DNA from: Gemmatimonadaceae bacterium
GTDB taxonomy: Bacteria; Gemmatimonadota; Gemmatimonadetes; Gemmatimonadales; Gemmatimonadaceae
Assembly (NCBI GenBank): GCA_045803545.1
Contig: JBJMOW010000002.1
Span: 224,001-288,000, forward strand
DNA: 64,000 bases
Direction: 5' to 3'
Shown: positions 46,087 through 57,334 of the stretch, piece after piece
How the letters are laid out: every line of letters begins with the position of its first letter
How positions within the stretch are numbered: position 1 is the stretch's first letter
Made by a program: the position numbers and the translations under genes
Notes under the pieces: generated by a model
The model's database searches: none
What the model saw: the letters and a program-made list of their open reading frames with translations, nothing else
Told to the model about the DNA's origin: nothing

Positions 46087-47784
46087 TCAAAGATTCTGCC
46101 TGCCCATTTCCTGAGTTGCGTGATCCACGGCACGCGCGGTCAAAGTCATATACAGAATTGAAGGACTCTGATTACCGGTCGACGCCATGCACGCGCCGTC
46201 AGTGACGAAGACGTTCTTGCAGGCGTGCAGTTGATTCCATTTGTTGAGCAGGGAGGTTTTTGGATCGGCGCCCATCCGCGCCCCACCCATCTCGTGGATG
46301 TCGAGGCCGGGCGCCCAGTGGGTGTCGTGCACTTCCACGTCGTGGCACCCGGCCACGCCCAGCATCTCCTGCGCCTGCTTTTGCCAATCACGAATCATGG
46401 CCTCCGCATTGTCGTCATATCCGACAGACATAACGAGCAACGGAATTCCCCATTGATCCTTCTGGGTCGGATGCAAGCTCACCGTGTTGGTTTCGCGCGG
46501 GATGGTTTCGCCCTGCATGTACATGTAGATGCCCCATGGCCCCGGCTTGGTGAGTGATTCCTTGTAAACGCCACCGACGCGCTCTACCGTCGTCGGTTCG
46601 CCGCGCTCCCGGTATCCGCCGGTGAAGGTCGTGTAGCCGCCTACGAAGTCAGCATCTGCATCCTGTTTACCGAGATTCCGAAAGTTGACGAGAATGCACT
46701 CCGTCGGATTCTTGCCATAGAAGTATTTGTCCTCAAAGCCATCGAGCTTTCCGCTGGCGCCCGTTCTGTAGTTGTGATGACAGATGTACTTGCCCAGAAG
46801 TCCGCTGTCGTTGCCGAGGCCATGCGGGAAACGATTTGATGTCGAGTTCAACAGAATGAGGTTGCTATTGAGCGCAGAAGCGTTCACGAAGACGATGCGC
46901 GAGCTGTATTCGGTGACCGCGTGAGTTTCGGCGTCGATGACCCGCACGCCGGTCGCCTTGCCCTTCGCTTCGTCGTAGATGATCGAGTGGACTACCGAGT
47001 GCGGCCGAATGGTCAGGTTGCCCGTCTTCGCCGCCCAGGGCAACGTCGACGCGTTGGAGCTGAAGTATCCGCCGAATGGGCATCCGCGCATGCAAAGATT
47101 TCGCGCCTGGCACGTGCCACGGCCCTGCTGCAGATGGATCTCTTTCGGCTGAGAGAGATGCGCCCAGCGACCCTGCACGACGTGCCGGTTTCCATACTTT
47201 GCCAGCAAGGCATCGCGCAAATGTCTCTCGGCGCAGTTGAAGTCGAATGGAGGCAGAAACTCTCCATCCGGCATCGCCTCCAGATGGTCAGCGTTTCCGC
47301 AGACGCCGATGAATTTCTCGACGTGCGAGTACCATGGCGCGACGTCGTCGTACGTGATCGGCCAGTTCATCCCGTATCCCAGTTTTTCCGGCGCGACGAA
47401 CTCGTGCTTGCTCCAGCGCTGGCAGGCGCGACCCCAGATGATTGACTTGCCGCCCACCTGATAACCGCGGATCCAGTCGAACGGCCGCTGCTGGACGTAC
47501 GGATGGTCTCGGTCCTTGATGAAGAAATGCATGGTGTCTTCGCCGTACCCAGCCGCCTTGCTGATCAGCGGGTTCTCCTTGAGGACCTCACGCGACAAGG
47601 AGCCGCGGTGCGGCAGCTCCCACGGGTTCAGGTTCATGGTCGGGTAGTCCTTGATGTGGACTACGTTGCGGCCACGCTCGAGCACGAGGGTTTTCAGTCC
47701 CTTCTCGCACAATTCTTTCGCAGCCCATCCTCCCGAGATTCCGGAGCCGACAACAATTGCATCGTACGACGTGTTTTCTTTCAC
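46087..47784 (-). CDS. GMC family FAD oxidoreductase (glycoside 3-dehydrogenase-like)
   Basis: GSGISGG, CQARNLCMRGC, IHEMGGARMG; clear paralog of 40180-41859. Confidence 0.9.
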   Translation of the reverse strand: MKENTSYDAIVVGSGISGGWAAKELCEKGLKTLVLERGRNVVHIKDYPTMNLNPWELPHRGSLSREVLKENPLISKAAGYGEDTMHFFIKDRDHPYVQQRPFDWIRGYQVGGKSIIWGRACQRWSKHEFVAPEKLGYGMNWPITYDDVAPWYSHVEKFIGVCGNADHLEAMPDGEFLPPFDFNCAERHLRDALLAKYGNRHVVQGRWAHLSQPKEIHLQQGRGTCQARNLCMRGCPFGGYFSSNASTLPWAAKTGNLTIRPHSVVHSIIYDEAKGKATGVRVIDAETHAVTEYSSRIVFVNASALNSNLILLNSTSNRFPHGLGNDSGLLGKYICHHNYRTGASGKLDGFEDKYFYGKNPTECILVNFRNLGKQDADADFVGGYTTFTGGYRERGEPTTVERVGGVYKESLTKPGPWGIYMYMQGETIPRETNTVSLHPTQKDQWGIPLLVMSVGYDDNAEAMIRDWQKQAQEMLGVAGCHDVEVHDTHWAPGLDIHEMGGARMGADPKTSLLNKWNQLHACKNVFVTDGACMASTGNQSPSILYMTLTARAVDHATQEMGRQNL

Positions 47785-47856
47785 TGTGAGCGACCTCGAC
47801 GTCCTGGCAGAGAGTTGCGGCTAGAAATTAGACTCGGCGCGGGGCACTGGCGAGCG

Positions 47857-48432
47857 ATGGCTAAAGGACAAATCGACTTTTTCAGCGAGACACCGAAATA
47901 CCCTGAGGGCTTTCGCTACAAGCGCGAAATCATTTCTCGCGACGACGAGCAGGCCCTGATAGCTGAGATTCGCACGCTGCCGCTCAAGGAGTTCGACTTC
48001 CACGGATTTCAGGGCAAGCGACGGGTGCAGAGCTTTGGCTGGCGCTACGATTACGACGATGAGCGAATCAAACAGGCCGAGCCAGTTCCAGAATTCCTGC
48101 TGCCGCTACGCGAGCGTGCTGCGCGTTTTGCCGATCTCGTGCCGGATGAGATCCAGCACGTTCTCGTCACCGAGTACGATCACGCCGGCATCGGCTGGCA
48201 CCGGGATAAGGCGAACTTCGAAGACGTTATCGGCGTATCTCTTCTTGCGCCATGCACCTTTCGACTGCGGCGCAAGGTCGGCTCGAGCTGGGAGCGAGTG
48301 TCGTTGGAGGCGGAGCCGAGGTCGGCTTATCTGATGCGCGGGCGATCGAGGACGGAATGGGAGCACAGTATTCCGGAGGTCGACGGGCTCAGGTACTCGA
48401 TCACGTTTAGAACGCTGCGCAAAAAAGCTTAA
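47857..48432 (+). CDS. AlkB-like 2OG-Fe(II) dioxygenase
   Basis: GIGWHRD (HxD), WEHSI, RYSITFR. Confidence 0.85.
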   Translation: MAKGQIDFFSETPKYPEGFRYKREIISRDDEQALIAEIRTLPLKEFDFHGFQGKRRVQSFGWRYDYDDERIKQAEPVPEFLLPLRERAARFADLVPDEIQHVLVTEYDHAGIGWHRDKANFEDVIGVSLLAPCTFRLRRKVGSSWERVSLEAEPRSAYLMRGRSRTEWEHSIPEVDGLRYSITFRTLRKKA

Positions 48433-48477
48433 CTGCAGTTGTCCTCAGCGGTTTGCGACTCCGATTAACTTTCCTGC

Positions 48478-49689
48478 ATGCCAGATAAATCCCGCACTCC
48501 CGTAATCGTCGGCGCAGCCCGCACCCCGATTGGAAGATTTCTCGGCGGACTCTCCCCACTAAGCGCCCCTGAGCTCGGCGGGATCGCGATTCGCGAAGCG
48601 CTGAAGCGCTCGAAAGTCCCGGCCGACGATGTTCAGGAAGTCATCATGGGCCACGTGCTGCAGGGTGGGACCGGCCAGGCACCAGCGCGCCAGGCCGCGC
48701 TAAAAGCCGGACTTCCGCCGACTGTATCAGCCGTCACTGTCAACAAGGTTTGCGGTTCTGGGCTAAAGGCTGTGATGCTCGCGTCCCAGGCGATCAAGGC
48801 GGGGGACGCCCAGGTAATCGTGGCCGGCGGTCAGGAATCGATGTCGAACGCCCCTTACTACCAGTACGGAATGCGCGGTGGCGTCAAAGCCGGAGATCAG
48901 ACTCTGGTCGATGGGATGATCAAGGACGGACTTTGGTGCGCGTCGTGTAACGTCCACATGGGTCGGCACGCCGAGTATACGGCGAAGAAGGCGAGTGTCA
49001 GTCGCGAGGATCAGGACGTGTTCGCCGAGTCATCGCATCGCAAGGCGGTCGCAGCGATCGATTCCGGAAGATTCAAGGACGAGATCGTGCCGGTACAAAT
49101 TCCCGGGAAGAAAGGCCCGACCGTCGTCGATACTGACGAGTCACCGCGTCGTGATACTAGCCTCGATGCACTCGCCAGGCTGAAGCCGGCGTTTCCAGGA
49201 AAGAACGGTGACAACGAAGATCTCACTGTCACAGCCGGGAACGCCCCCGGTCTAAACGATGGCGCGGCGGCACTCGTCGTTGTCTCGGAGGCGTACGCCG
49301 AAGAGCATAACCTCGAGATTCTTGGTCGTGTGACCGGATATGCGACGGGTGCAACAAAGCCCGAAGATCTCTTCTTCGCGCCGATCAAAGCCGTTCGCAA
49401 CCTGATGAAAAAAACCGGCTCGCAGATCGGCGACTACGATCTGATCGAAGCCAACGAAGCCTTTGCGTCGCAATCGATCGCGGACGGTCAGGAGCTCGGC
49501 TGGGACTGGCAGCGCGTCAACGTGAACGGTGGTGCAATTGCGTTGGGCCATCCGATCGGCGCGAGCGGAGCGCGGGTCCTCACGACCCTCCTTTACGCGA
49601 TGAAGCAGCGGGGCGCGAAGAAAGGACTCGCGACACTTTGCCTCGGCGGCGGTGACGCGGTTGCGCTCAGCGTCGAGCGCACGAACTAG
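48478..49689 (+). CDS. acetyl-CoA C-acetyltransferase (thiolase)
   Basis: [25 protein letters not shown]. Confidence 0.95.
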   Translation: MPDKSRTPVIVGAARTPIGRFLGGLSPLSAPELGGIAIREALKRSKVPADDVQEVIMGHVLQGGTGQAPARQAALKAGLPPTVSAVTVNKVCGSGLKAVMLASQAIKAGDAQVIVAGGQESMSNAPYYQYGMRGGVKAGDQTLVDGMIKDGLWCASCNVHMGRHAEYTAKKASVSREDQDVFAESSHRKAVAAIDSGRFKDEIVPVQIPGKKGPTVVDTDESPRRDTSLDALARLKPAFPGKNGDNEDLTVTAGNAPGLNDGAAALVVVSEAYAEEHNLEILGRVTGYATGATKPEDLFFAPIKAVRNLMKKTGSQIGDYDLIEANEAFASQSIADGQELGWDWQRVNVNGGAIALGHPIGASGARVLTTLLYAMKQRGAKKGLATLCLGGGDAVALSVERTN

Positions 49690-49692
49690 AGT

Positions 49693-50553
49693 TTGACCGG
49701 CGCACCGCCACGTTCGCGAGCCAGACGGTCGCTACGACCGTTCTGGCTGATACCCGTTTTTTATCTCATTTGCTTTGTCGCCCTCGCGATTCTCGAGACG
49801 GGCGCTGCATTTGTCGGCATACCGGGCGTACAAAATCCGCGATCGATCGCATATCAGTGGGTGGTCCTGCTGAGCGTCGTGTTCGCGACGTGGGCGATGC
49901 TCCGCATCGACAAACAAACGTGGACCTTCGTTGGACTCGGTCGTGAAGCCGCTGCTCCGCCCGTGCTAATCAACGGAGCATTGCTCGGCGCCGCGACGAT
50001 TGGCACGGCGTGCCTCGTTCTGTTGGGCACCCACATGCTTCGAATTGAGCCAACTGGGCAGGGAAGCTGGTGGGGGGCGGCGGGGCAGTCAGCACTCGCG
50101 CTGCTACCGGCCGCGTTTTTCGAAGAGCTGTTCATGCGCGGGTTTCTATTCGCCGTGCTGCGTCGCGCTGGCGGATGGCGACTCGCGTTGATCGTGACGA
50201 GTGTAGTTTTCGGTCTGCTACACGCCTGGAATCCGGGTGCAGACGCGGAATCGATCCTGGCAGTGATCGTGGCTGGTTTTTTCCTCGGTGCAATACTGCT
50301 GGCGACTGGAAGTCTGTACGCTGCCGGGGCGGCGCACTTTGCATGGAACTGGGTGATGGCCGGCGCGCTTCACATCGCCGTCAGCGGAATCGCGTCGAGT
50401 GATGCCGACTATCGGACTGTCGAAACGGGTCCGGATTGGCTGACAGGCGGACCCTGGGGTCCGGAAGGCGGACTCGCGGCAGTGGCGGCGATGTTCGTCG
50501 CGATCTTCTATTTGTACGGACGCTATTTGCGCGGAATGGAGCACAGGAAATGA
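49693..50553 (+). CDS. CPBP (Abi/CAAX) intramembrane glutamic endopeptidase
   Basis: [23 protein letters not shown]. Confidence 0.85.
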   Translation: MTGAPPRSRARRSLRPFWLIPVFYLICFVALAILETGAAFVGIPGVQNPRSIAYQWVVLLSVVFATWAMLRIDKQTWTFVGLGREAAAPPVLINGALLGAATIGTACLVLLGTHMLRIEPTGQGSWWGAAGQSALALLPAAFFEELFMRGFLFAVLRRAGGWRLALIVTSVVFGLLHAWNPGADAESILAVIVAGFFLGAILLATGSLYAAGAAHFAWNWVMAGALHIAVSGIASSDADYRTVETGPDWLTGGPWGPEGGLAAVAAMFVAIFYLYGRYLRGMEHRK

Positions 50554-51401
50554 CCGACCGCATTGCCGTTGTAGGAGCGGGGCAAATGGGGAACGGCATT
50601 GCGCACGTTTTCGCGCAATACGGTTTCCCGGTGACGATGATCGACGTCTCTCAGGACGCGCTCGATCGAGGACGATCGACCATCGCAAAAAACGTCGAGC
50701 GTCAGGTCAAAAAGGGCGCCATTCCCGCAGATGAGCAGGTGAAGATCCTGTCCCGGATAGATCTCAGCATGGAGCTGGATGCGGCGGCAGGGGCATCTCT
50801 GATTATTGAAGCGGCGAGCGAAGATAGCGGTCTCAAGTACCGCATCTTCACCGACCTCGATCGCGTCGCGAAACCGGACGCAATTCTCGCTACCAACACG
50901 AGCTCAATCTCGATCACTGAAATCGCTCGCCGCACCAGCCGTCCCGAAAAAATCATCGGCATGCACTTCATGAACCCTGTCCCGGTGATGAAGCTGGTCG
51001 AGATAATTCGTGGCTTGGCGACGTCCGACGAGACGACGAAGCGAGTGATGGACTACGCGCTCGAGCTGCAGAAGACGCCGGTCGAGGTGAACGACTACCC
51101 TGGCTTCGTCTCCAATCGCGTCCTGATGCCGATGATCAACGAAGCAGTCTATTGCCTGATGGAGGGAGTCGGGAAACCGGAAGCGATCGATCAGGTGATG
51201 ACGCTTGGCATGAATCACCCGATGGGACCGTTGGCGCTGGCCGATCTGATCGGCCTCGACACCTGCGTTGCAATCCTCGAAGTCCTGCGCGACGGACTGG
51301 GCGATCCGAAGTACCGGCCCTGTCCGCTGCTGAAGAAGTACGTTGCCGCCGGTTGGTTGGGCCGAAAATCCGGGCGCGGCTTCTATACCTATAGTAAGTA
51401 G
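50550..51401 (+). CDS. 3-hydroxybutyryl-CoA dehydrogenase
   Basis: [29 protein letters not shown] overlaps upstream stop. Confidence 0.93.
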   Translation: MTDRIAVVGAGQMGNGIAHVFAQYGFPVTMIDVSQDALDRGRSTIAKNVERQVKKGAIPADEQVKILSRIDLSMELDAAAGASLIIEAASEDSGLKYRIFTDLDRVAKPDAILATNTSSISITEIARRTSRPEKIIGMHFMNPVPVMKLVEIIRGLATSDETTKRVMDYALELQKTPVEVNDYPGFVSNRVLMPMINEAVYCLMEGVGKPEAIDQVMTLGMNHPMGPLALADLIGLDTCVAILEVLRDGLGDPKYRPCPLLKKYVAAGWLGRKSGRGFYTYSK

Positions 51402-51407
51402 CCCGCC

Positions 51408-52571
51408 ATGTCCTGGGCGCTCCATCCACTCACCGAAGAGCAGACGGAAGTTCAAAAGCTCGCGCGTGGATTCGCGCAGGCTGAGATCACTCCGCACTCC
51501 TCGGAGTGGGACCAAAAGGCGTACTTCGAGCCGACTCTGGTCAAGAAACTCGGGGAGCTAGGTTTCCTCGGCATGATGCTGCCGGAGGAGTACGACGGCC
51601 TCGGCACCGACACCGGCACCTACCTTATCGCGCTCGAGGAGATTGCCGCCGCTGATGCATCAGTCGCCGTTCTCATGAGCGTGCACAACTCACTTCCGAC
51701 GCAAATGATTCTTCGTTACGGAAGCGAGGCGCAAAAGCAGCGATTTTTGAAGAAGATGGCGCGCGGTGAGATACTGGGCGCCTTTGCTTTATCCGAGCCC
51801 GACGCCGGCTCCGATGCGTCAGCGCTTTCGACCCAGGCTGTCAAGGACGGTAATTGCTGGGTTCTGAACGGGACCAAGAGCTGGGTCACCAACGGCAATA
51901 CTGCCGGCGCGATCATCGCCATGGCTCGTACGGATTCCAGTGGCGCCCGACGCGGTGCGCGCGGGATCGGTGCGTTCATCCTCACGCCTGATCTGCCCGG
52001 CTTCAACGTCGGTAAAAAGGAAGACAAGCTTGGATTGCGCGCCTCGCCCACGGTCCAACTCAACTTCGACAACCTTCGCGTGCCAGCCGAGAATCTGCTC
52101 GGCGATGAGACTCAGGGTTTTGTTTATGCGATGCAGTCCCTCGATAACGGTCGCCTTGGAATTGCAGCACAGGCGATTGGAATTGCGCGCGCGGCGCTCG
52201 AGCATTCGGTGGCGTACGCCGGAGAGCGTCGGCAGTTCGGTAAATCGCTAAAAGAGTTCGAGGCGATTCAGTTCAAACTCGCCGACATGGCGATGCGAGT
52301 GGCTGGATCGCGCGCGCTGTTGCATGCAGCGGCGGCAGCGAAGGATCGCGGTCAAAGCATTCGTCAGTTCAGCTCGATGGCGAAGCTCATGGCGAGCGAG
52401 ACAGCGATGTGGGTGACGACGCAGGCGGTGCAGATCTTCGGCGGTTACGGGTACGTGAAGGACTATCCCGTCGAGCGGCTGATGCGCGATGCGAAAGTCA
52501 CCGAGATTTACGAGGGCACGTCCGAGATCCAGAGGATTGTGATCGCGCGGGCACTCTACGGGCAGTCATAA
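51408..52571 (+). CDS. acyl-CoA dehydrogenase
   Basis: ALSEPDAGSD, KEDKLG, FGGYGY, IYEGTSEIQ. Confidence 0.95.
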   Translation: MSWALHPLTEEQTEVQKLARGFAQAEITPHSSEWDQKAYFEPTLVKKLGELGFLGMMLPEEYDGLGTDTGTYLIALEEIAAADASVAVLMSVHNSLPTQMILRYGSEAQKQRFLKKMARGEILGAFALSEPDAGSDASALSTQAVKDGNCWVLNGTKSWVTNGNTAGAIIAMARTDSSGARRGARGIGAFILTPDLPGFNVGKKEDKLGLRASPTVQLNFDNLRVPAENLLGDETQGFVYAMQSLDNGRLGIAAQAIGIARAALEHSVAYAGERRQFGKSLKEFEAIQFKLADMAMRVAGSRALLHAAAAAKDRGQSIRQFSSMAKLMASETAMWVTTQAVQIFGGYGYVKDYPVERLMRDAKVTEIYEGTSEIQRIVIARALYGQS

Positions 52572-52589
52572 CTTTTTCCGGATACTCGA

Positions 52590-53624
52590 TTGAAGCTGTT
52601 CGACACCCTTGCAGAAATGGGACACGAAGAGGTCGTGATGTGCAGCGACCCTTCGATTGGATACCGCGGTATTCTCGCGGTTCACAGCACGAAGCTCGGT
52701 CCCGCGCTTGGCGGCACGCGCTTCTGGCAATATGCGACCGACGAGGAAGCGATCATTGACGCGCTGCGACTTTCGCGCGGTATGACCTACAAGAATGCCG
52801 TCGCGGGTCTCAAGCTCGGAGGTGGCAAATCCATCATCATCGGCGACAACAAAACCACGGACCGTGAGAGGATATTCCGGGCTCACGGGCGTTTTATTGA
52901 ATCGCTCGGCGGTCGTTACATAGCCGCCGAGGATGTCGGCACCAGCACCAGGGACATGGACTACGTCAAGCTCGAGACGAATCATGTCGCGGGCCTTGCG
53001 GGGAAATCGGGCGATCCTTCGCCGGTAACCGCGCACGGAGTATTTCGGGCGGTGCAGGCATCAGCCAATCACACGTGGGGATCGGACAGCCTGGAAGGAA
53101 AAACAGTCACCATCCAGGGCTGCGGCAGTGTCGGGAGTTATCTCGCAAAGGAGCTGCACGAGGCGGGTGCCAAGCTGATCGTTTCGGACATCGATTCGGC
53201 GAAAACGGCACGCGTTGCGAAGCTCACCGGTGCAAAGGTGGTTGAAGGTGACGCGATTTTCTCTGCTGACGCCGATATCTTCTCGCCCTGCGCGCTCGGC
53301 GGAATCATCAACGACACGACAATACCGAAACTGAAGGTTCGCATCGTCGCGGGCGGCGCGAACAATCAGCTGCTGGAGGAGCGTCACGGCGACGAGCTAA
53401 TGCGGCGCGGGATCCTCTATGCGCCGGACTACGTCGCAAACGCCGGCGGTGTGATTAACGTTTATGGAGAGGTGGCCGGCTGGGATGCGCAGAAAGCCCT
53501 GGACAAGGCCGACGACATCTACGATACAGTCCTCAAGGTTTTTGACATCGCCGAGCAGATGAATATCCCCAAGTACGAAGCGGCAGACCGTCTGGCGGAG
53601 CGCAGGCTGGCGGAGGCGAAATGA
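52590..53624 (+). CDS. leucine dehydrogenase (Glu/Leu/Phe/Val dehydrogenase family)
   Basis: GPALGGTR, MTYK, GGGKS, AEDVGT, GANNQL, NAGG. Confidence 0.92.
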   Translation: MKLFDTLAEMGHEEVVMCSDPSIGYRGILAVHSTKLGPALGGTRFWQYATDEEAIIDALRLSRGMTYKNAVAGLKLGGGKSIIIGDNKTTDRERIFRAHGRFIESLGGRYIAAEDVGTSTRDMDYVKLETNHVAGLAGKSGDPSPVTAHGVFRAVQASANHTWGSDSLEGKTVTIQGCGSVGSYLAKELHEAGAKLIVSDIDSAKTARVAKLTGAKVVEGDAIFSADADIFSPCALGGIINDTTIPKLKVRIVAGGANNQLLEERHGDELMRRGILYAPDYVANAGGVINVYGEVAGWDAQKALDKADDIYDTVLKVFDIAEQMNIPKYEAADRLAERRLAEAK

Positions 53625-54067
53625 GTGAGATGATTCCGATTGCGTCGGATCACGCTGGCGTCGAGATGAAAAACCGGCTGATGTCCGAGCTGAAAAAACT
53701 GGGTTACGACCCGGTTGATTTGGGGTCGAACGATCCCAAAACCCCCGATGACTACCCAGACTTCGGGCATCCTGTCGCCAGGGAAGTGTCCAACGGCGAT
53801 GCGAAGCGGGGCATTCTTCTCTGCGGTAGCGGTGTCGGCATGGACATCGTCGCCAACAAGCACCCGGGTGTGCGCGCCGCTCTGGCGTGGGAGCCTGAGA
53901 TCGGAGCGCTGTCTCGGAAGCACAACGACTCGAACGTGCTGGTGCTGCCGGCTCGCTTCATGAGCGACGACGCGGCGATCAAAACCATGAAGCAGTGGCT
54001 GGATACTAAGTTTGAGGGTGGGCGCCACGAGCGGCGCGTCAACAAAATCGAGCCAAAGGACACCTGA
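53621..54067 (+). CDS. rpiB: ribose 5-phosphate isomerase B
   Basis: [32 protein letters not shown]. Confidence 0.92.
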   Translation: MSEMIPIASDHAGVEMKNRLMSELKKLGYDPVDLGSNDPKTPDDYPDFGHPVAREVSNGDAKRGILLCGSGVGMDIVANKHPGVRAALAWEPEIGALSRKHNDSNVLVLPARFMSDDAAIKTMKQWLDTKFEGGRHERRVNKIEPKDT

Positions 54068-55380
54068 TGCCACAAACTCAGGCACCACCGCAACGGAGCA
54101 TCGGTCGTAGCGCGATGCCGGAAGGCCACATCGGACAGTCGGATCCCGATGTCGCCCGGCTCATCGATCAGGAAGTGGATAGACAGCGCAATGGGCTCGA
54201 ATTGATCGCCAGCGAGAACTTCGTCTCGCAGGCAGTGTTAGAAGCGATGGGCACACCGCTCACCAACAAGTACGCCGAGGGCCTTCCCGGAAAGCGGTAT
54301 TATGGCGGGTGCGAAGTCGTCGATAAGATAGAGCAGCTCGCCATCGATCGAGTGAAAAAGCTTTTCAACGCCGAGCACGCCAACGTCCAGGCGCACTCCG
54401 GCGCGCAGGCAAATGCCGCTGTGTATCTGGCGTTCCTCAAGCCCGGCGATGTAGTGCTCGGTCTCGACCTCTCGCAGGGCGGGCACCTCACTCACGGATC
54501 GCCGGTCAATTTTTCCGGTCTGCTTTATCACGCGATTCACTACGGTGTAGGCGACGACGGTCGCATCGATTACGCCGCGATGCAGCGCATCGCTAGGGAG
54601 CAGAAGCCAAAAATGATCATCGCTGGCGCCAGCGCCTACGCTCGCATCATCGAGTTCGAGCCGTTCGCTGAAGTCGCTGCCGAGATCGGCGCAAGGTTCG
54701 TCGTCGACATGGCGCACTTCGCCGGGCTCGTCGCGACGGGATTCCACCCGTCGCCGGTGCCGCACGCTGATGCGGTGACCAGTACGACCCACAAAACTTT
54801 GCGCGGTCCGCGCGGCGGTTTGATTCTTTGCAAAGAGGCCCACGCCAAGGCGGTCGACAAGGCGATGTTTCCAGGAACGCAGGGCGGTCCACTCGAGCAC
54901 GTCATCGCCGCCAAGGCGGTCTCATTTAAAGAAGCGCTCGAGCCGTCGTTCAAAGACTATTGCGGCCAGATCGTCAGGAACGCAAAGACACTGGCGAATG
55001 CGCTGATCGAGCGCGGATTCAACGTAGTTTCAGGCGGCACCGACAACCACCTGATGCTCGTTGACCTGCGGAACAAGAACGTTACCGGCAAAGTTGCAGA
55101 GAAAGCGCTCGACGAAGCGGGGATCACGGTGAACAAGAACACTGTCCCAAAGGAGACCCAGTCTCCGTTCGTGACGAGCGGCATTCGTATTGGAACTCCG
55201 GCCGTTACGACGCGCGGCATGAAGGAGCCGGAGATGCAGCTCATCGCTGGTTTGATTGACCGGGTCCTCGCCAGCGCCGGTGACGCAAACGTCGCATTGT
55301 CAGTCAGAGAGGAAGTACTCGACTTGACGAAACGTTTCCCACTCTACAAATCCTTTTCCTCAATGGAGAAAAAAGGGTAG
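54067..55380 (+). CDS. glyA: serine hydroxymethyltransferase
   Basis: [31 protein letters not shown]. Confidence 0.97.
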   Translation: MPQTQAPPQRSIGRSAMPEGHIGQSDPDVARLIDQEVDRQRNGLELIASENFVSQAVLEAMGTPLTNKYAEGLPGKRYYGGCEVVDKIEQLAIDRVKKLFNAEHANVQAHSGAQANAAVYLAFLKPGDVVLGLDLSQGGHLTHGSPVNFSGLLYHAIHYGVGDDGRIDYAAMQRIAREQKPKMIIAGASAYARIIEFEPFAEVAAEIGARFVVDMAHFAGLVATGFHPSPVPHADAVTSTTHKTLRGPRGGLILCKEAHAKAVDKAMFPGTQGGPLEHVIAAKAVSFKEALEPSFKDYCGQIVRNAKTLANALIERGFNVVSGGTDNHLMLVDLRNKNVTGKVAEKALDEAGITVNKNTVPKETQSPFVTSGIRIGTPAVTTRGMKEPEMQLIAGLIDRVLASAGDANVALSVREEVLDLTKRFPLYKSFSSMEKKG

Positions 55381-55381
55381 C

Positions 55382-55768
55382 ATGGCTGAGCTGGCATTTC
55401 GCGAAGGAATAATGGATCGCATTCGAATTCGTGAGCCGCGCTTTCACGAGCAGGCTTACTTGTTCGTGCTCTCAGCTCTGGAAATGTGTCAGGCGCAGCT
55501 CACTGCGCGGCGGCATATCACCGGCGTTGAGCTTGCCCATGCCTGTCGTGAGCTCGCTCTGGAGCGCTACGGCCTGACGGCGAAGCTGGTGCTCGATTAT
55601 TGGGGCATTACAGCGACCGCGGATATTGGCGACATCGTCTTCACCCTTGTGGATTTGGGATTTCTGCTCAGCCAGCCGCAGGACTCGCGCGACGAGTTTG
55701 TCGGCGTGTTCGACTTCGACCTGGCATTCGAGCGGGATTATCCCTGGAACTGCGCGCAACAGGCGTAA
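55382..55768 (+). CDS. Minf_1886-like conserved hypothetical protein
   Basis: AYLFVL.AL...RHITG.EL...YG..A..VL..WGI..T.DIG.IVF.LV pattern recalled for this family. Confidence 0.7.
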   Translation: MAELAFREGIMDRIRIREPRFHEQAYLFVLSALEMCQAQLTARRHITGVELAHACRELALERYGLTAKLVLDYWGITATADIGDIVFTLVDLGFLLSQPQDSRDEFVGVFDFDLAFERDYPWNCAQQA

Positions 55769-55786
55769 AACCAGAACATCCCAGCA

Positions 55787-57334
55787 ATGCCCGTCTGGGT
55801 GGTCGGCGCCAAGGAATCTGCAGAGCGCGATCGGGCAGCCATTGAAAACGGAACCCCCTCACGCGTGCTGATGCAGCGCGCCGGCAACGCTGCTGCCGGC
55901 GAAATAGTGCGGCGCTACCGCGATCGTCTAAATGATGGTGCCGTTGTATTCGCCGGACCTGCCAACAATGGCGGTGACGGTTGGGTCGTGGCAGCTGCAC
56001 TGGCGGACGCCAATGTTCGCGTCAGCGTGTTTCAGGCGGCCGAGGCCGATCCCCGAAAATCGCCAGATGCTGTGGCCGAGCGCGACCACGCACTACCCCG
56101 AGTGACGGTGGTGAAGGAGGTGCCGCACGATGCTGGCGTCGTGGTGGATGGACTCCTGGGTACCGGCTTCGATGGCGAGCCTCGTGGAGAAGTCGCGCTC
56201 GGGATTAGCCGCGTGAATGCGCTGCGTGAGAGTGGAGCGACGGTCGTCGCGCTCGACGTGCCAAGCGGATTGAATGCAACGGATGGAAAACACGGCGCCT
56301 GCGTTGTCGCCGACCTTACCATAAGCTTTGGCGGCGTAAAAAGAGGAACTCTGCTCGCCCGCGATTGCTGCGGAGAGATCGTCGCGATAGACATCGGTCT
56401 CGACGACCACGGCGGCCCGGCGCCGGCCCGTTCACCACGAGTTCCCGAACTGGTGACAGGCGAATGGGTTTACTCGCGCGTGCCGACGATTCGATACGAT
56501 GCGCACAAAGGTGCGCGCAAGCATCTGGCGTTCATTGGTGGCGGACCGGGAATGCCGGGCGCAGTCGTTCTGGGTGCGCGCGCTGCGCTGCGCAGCGGGA
56601 TCGGCCTTGTCCGAACAATGGTCGCGCCAGAGAACACGAGCGGCGTACTCGCTGCCGTTCCCTCAGCGCTCAATTCTCACTGGCCAGAGAGTGACGACGC
56701 GATCAAGTCCGAGATCGCCAGCTGGGCCGACGCGATCGTCATCGGCCCGGGCCTCGGCAAAACGCAGTCGTCCAGAGAAATGGTGGAGCGCGTCCTTCGA
56801 TCGACGGATCTGCCCGTTCTTCTCGATGCTGATGCTCTCAATGACTACGCCGGCGACACGGCATCTCTTGCGAAACTTCTGCTTGGCAAGAGAGCATTAG
56901 TGACACCGCACGTTGCCGAATTCGCCAGACTCATGGACACCGCCGCCGATACCGTACTCGCGAATCGATTCGATATCGGCAACGATCTGGCCCAGAAAAT
57001 CGGAGCAATCGTGCTGCTCAAAGGATCCCCAACAGTGATTTTCTCACCGACCGGTGATCGCCTTGTCGTTGCGCGAGGAAGTGCCGCGCTCGGCACTGGT
57101 GGCAGCGGAGACATCCTGGCTGGCATCGCGGGAACTTTGCTGGCGCAAATGGATGACCCGATGGATGCGGCAGCGTGCGCCGCATGGATTCACGGCCGGG
57201 CGGCGGAATTATGCGAGCACGTTCGTGGCACGACTCTCGAGGACGTCCTATACGCGTTGCCACGCGCGTGGAACGAGCGTGAGGCAGCACCGATCGCGCC
57301 GGTCACAGCTGTTCTCCCGGCAGTCGCCAGATGA
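55787..57334 (+). CDS. nnr: bifunctional NAD(P)H-hydrate epimerase/dehydratase
   Basis: NNGGDG, DGLLGTG, DVPSG, LDADAL, TPH..EF.RL, GGSGDILAG. Confidence 0.92.
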   Translation: MPVWVVGAKESAERDRAAIENGTPSRVLMQRAGNAAAGEIVRRYRDRLNDGAVVFAGPANNGGDGWVVAAALADANVRVSVFQAAEADPRKSPDAVAERDHALPRVTVVKEVPHDAGVVVDGLLGTGFDGEPRGEVALGISRVNALRESGATVVALDVPSGLNATDGKHGACVVADLTISFGGVKRGTLLARDCCGEIVAIDIGLDDHGGPAPARSPRVPELVTGEWVYSRVPTIRYDAHKGARKHLAFIGGGPGMPGAVVLGARAALRSGIGLVRTMVAPENTSGVLAAVPSALNSHWPESDDAIKSEIASWADAIVIGPGLGKTQSSREMVERVLRSTDLPVLLDADALNDYAGDTASLAKLLLGKRALVTPHVAEFARLMDTAADTVLANRFDIGNDLAQKIGAIVLLKGSPTVIFSPTGDRLVVARGSAALGTGGSGDILAGIAGTLLAQMDDPMDAAACAAWIHGRAAELCEHVRGTTLEDVLYALPRAWNEREAAPIAPVTAVLPAVAR

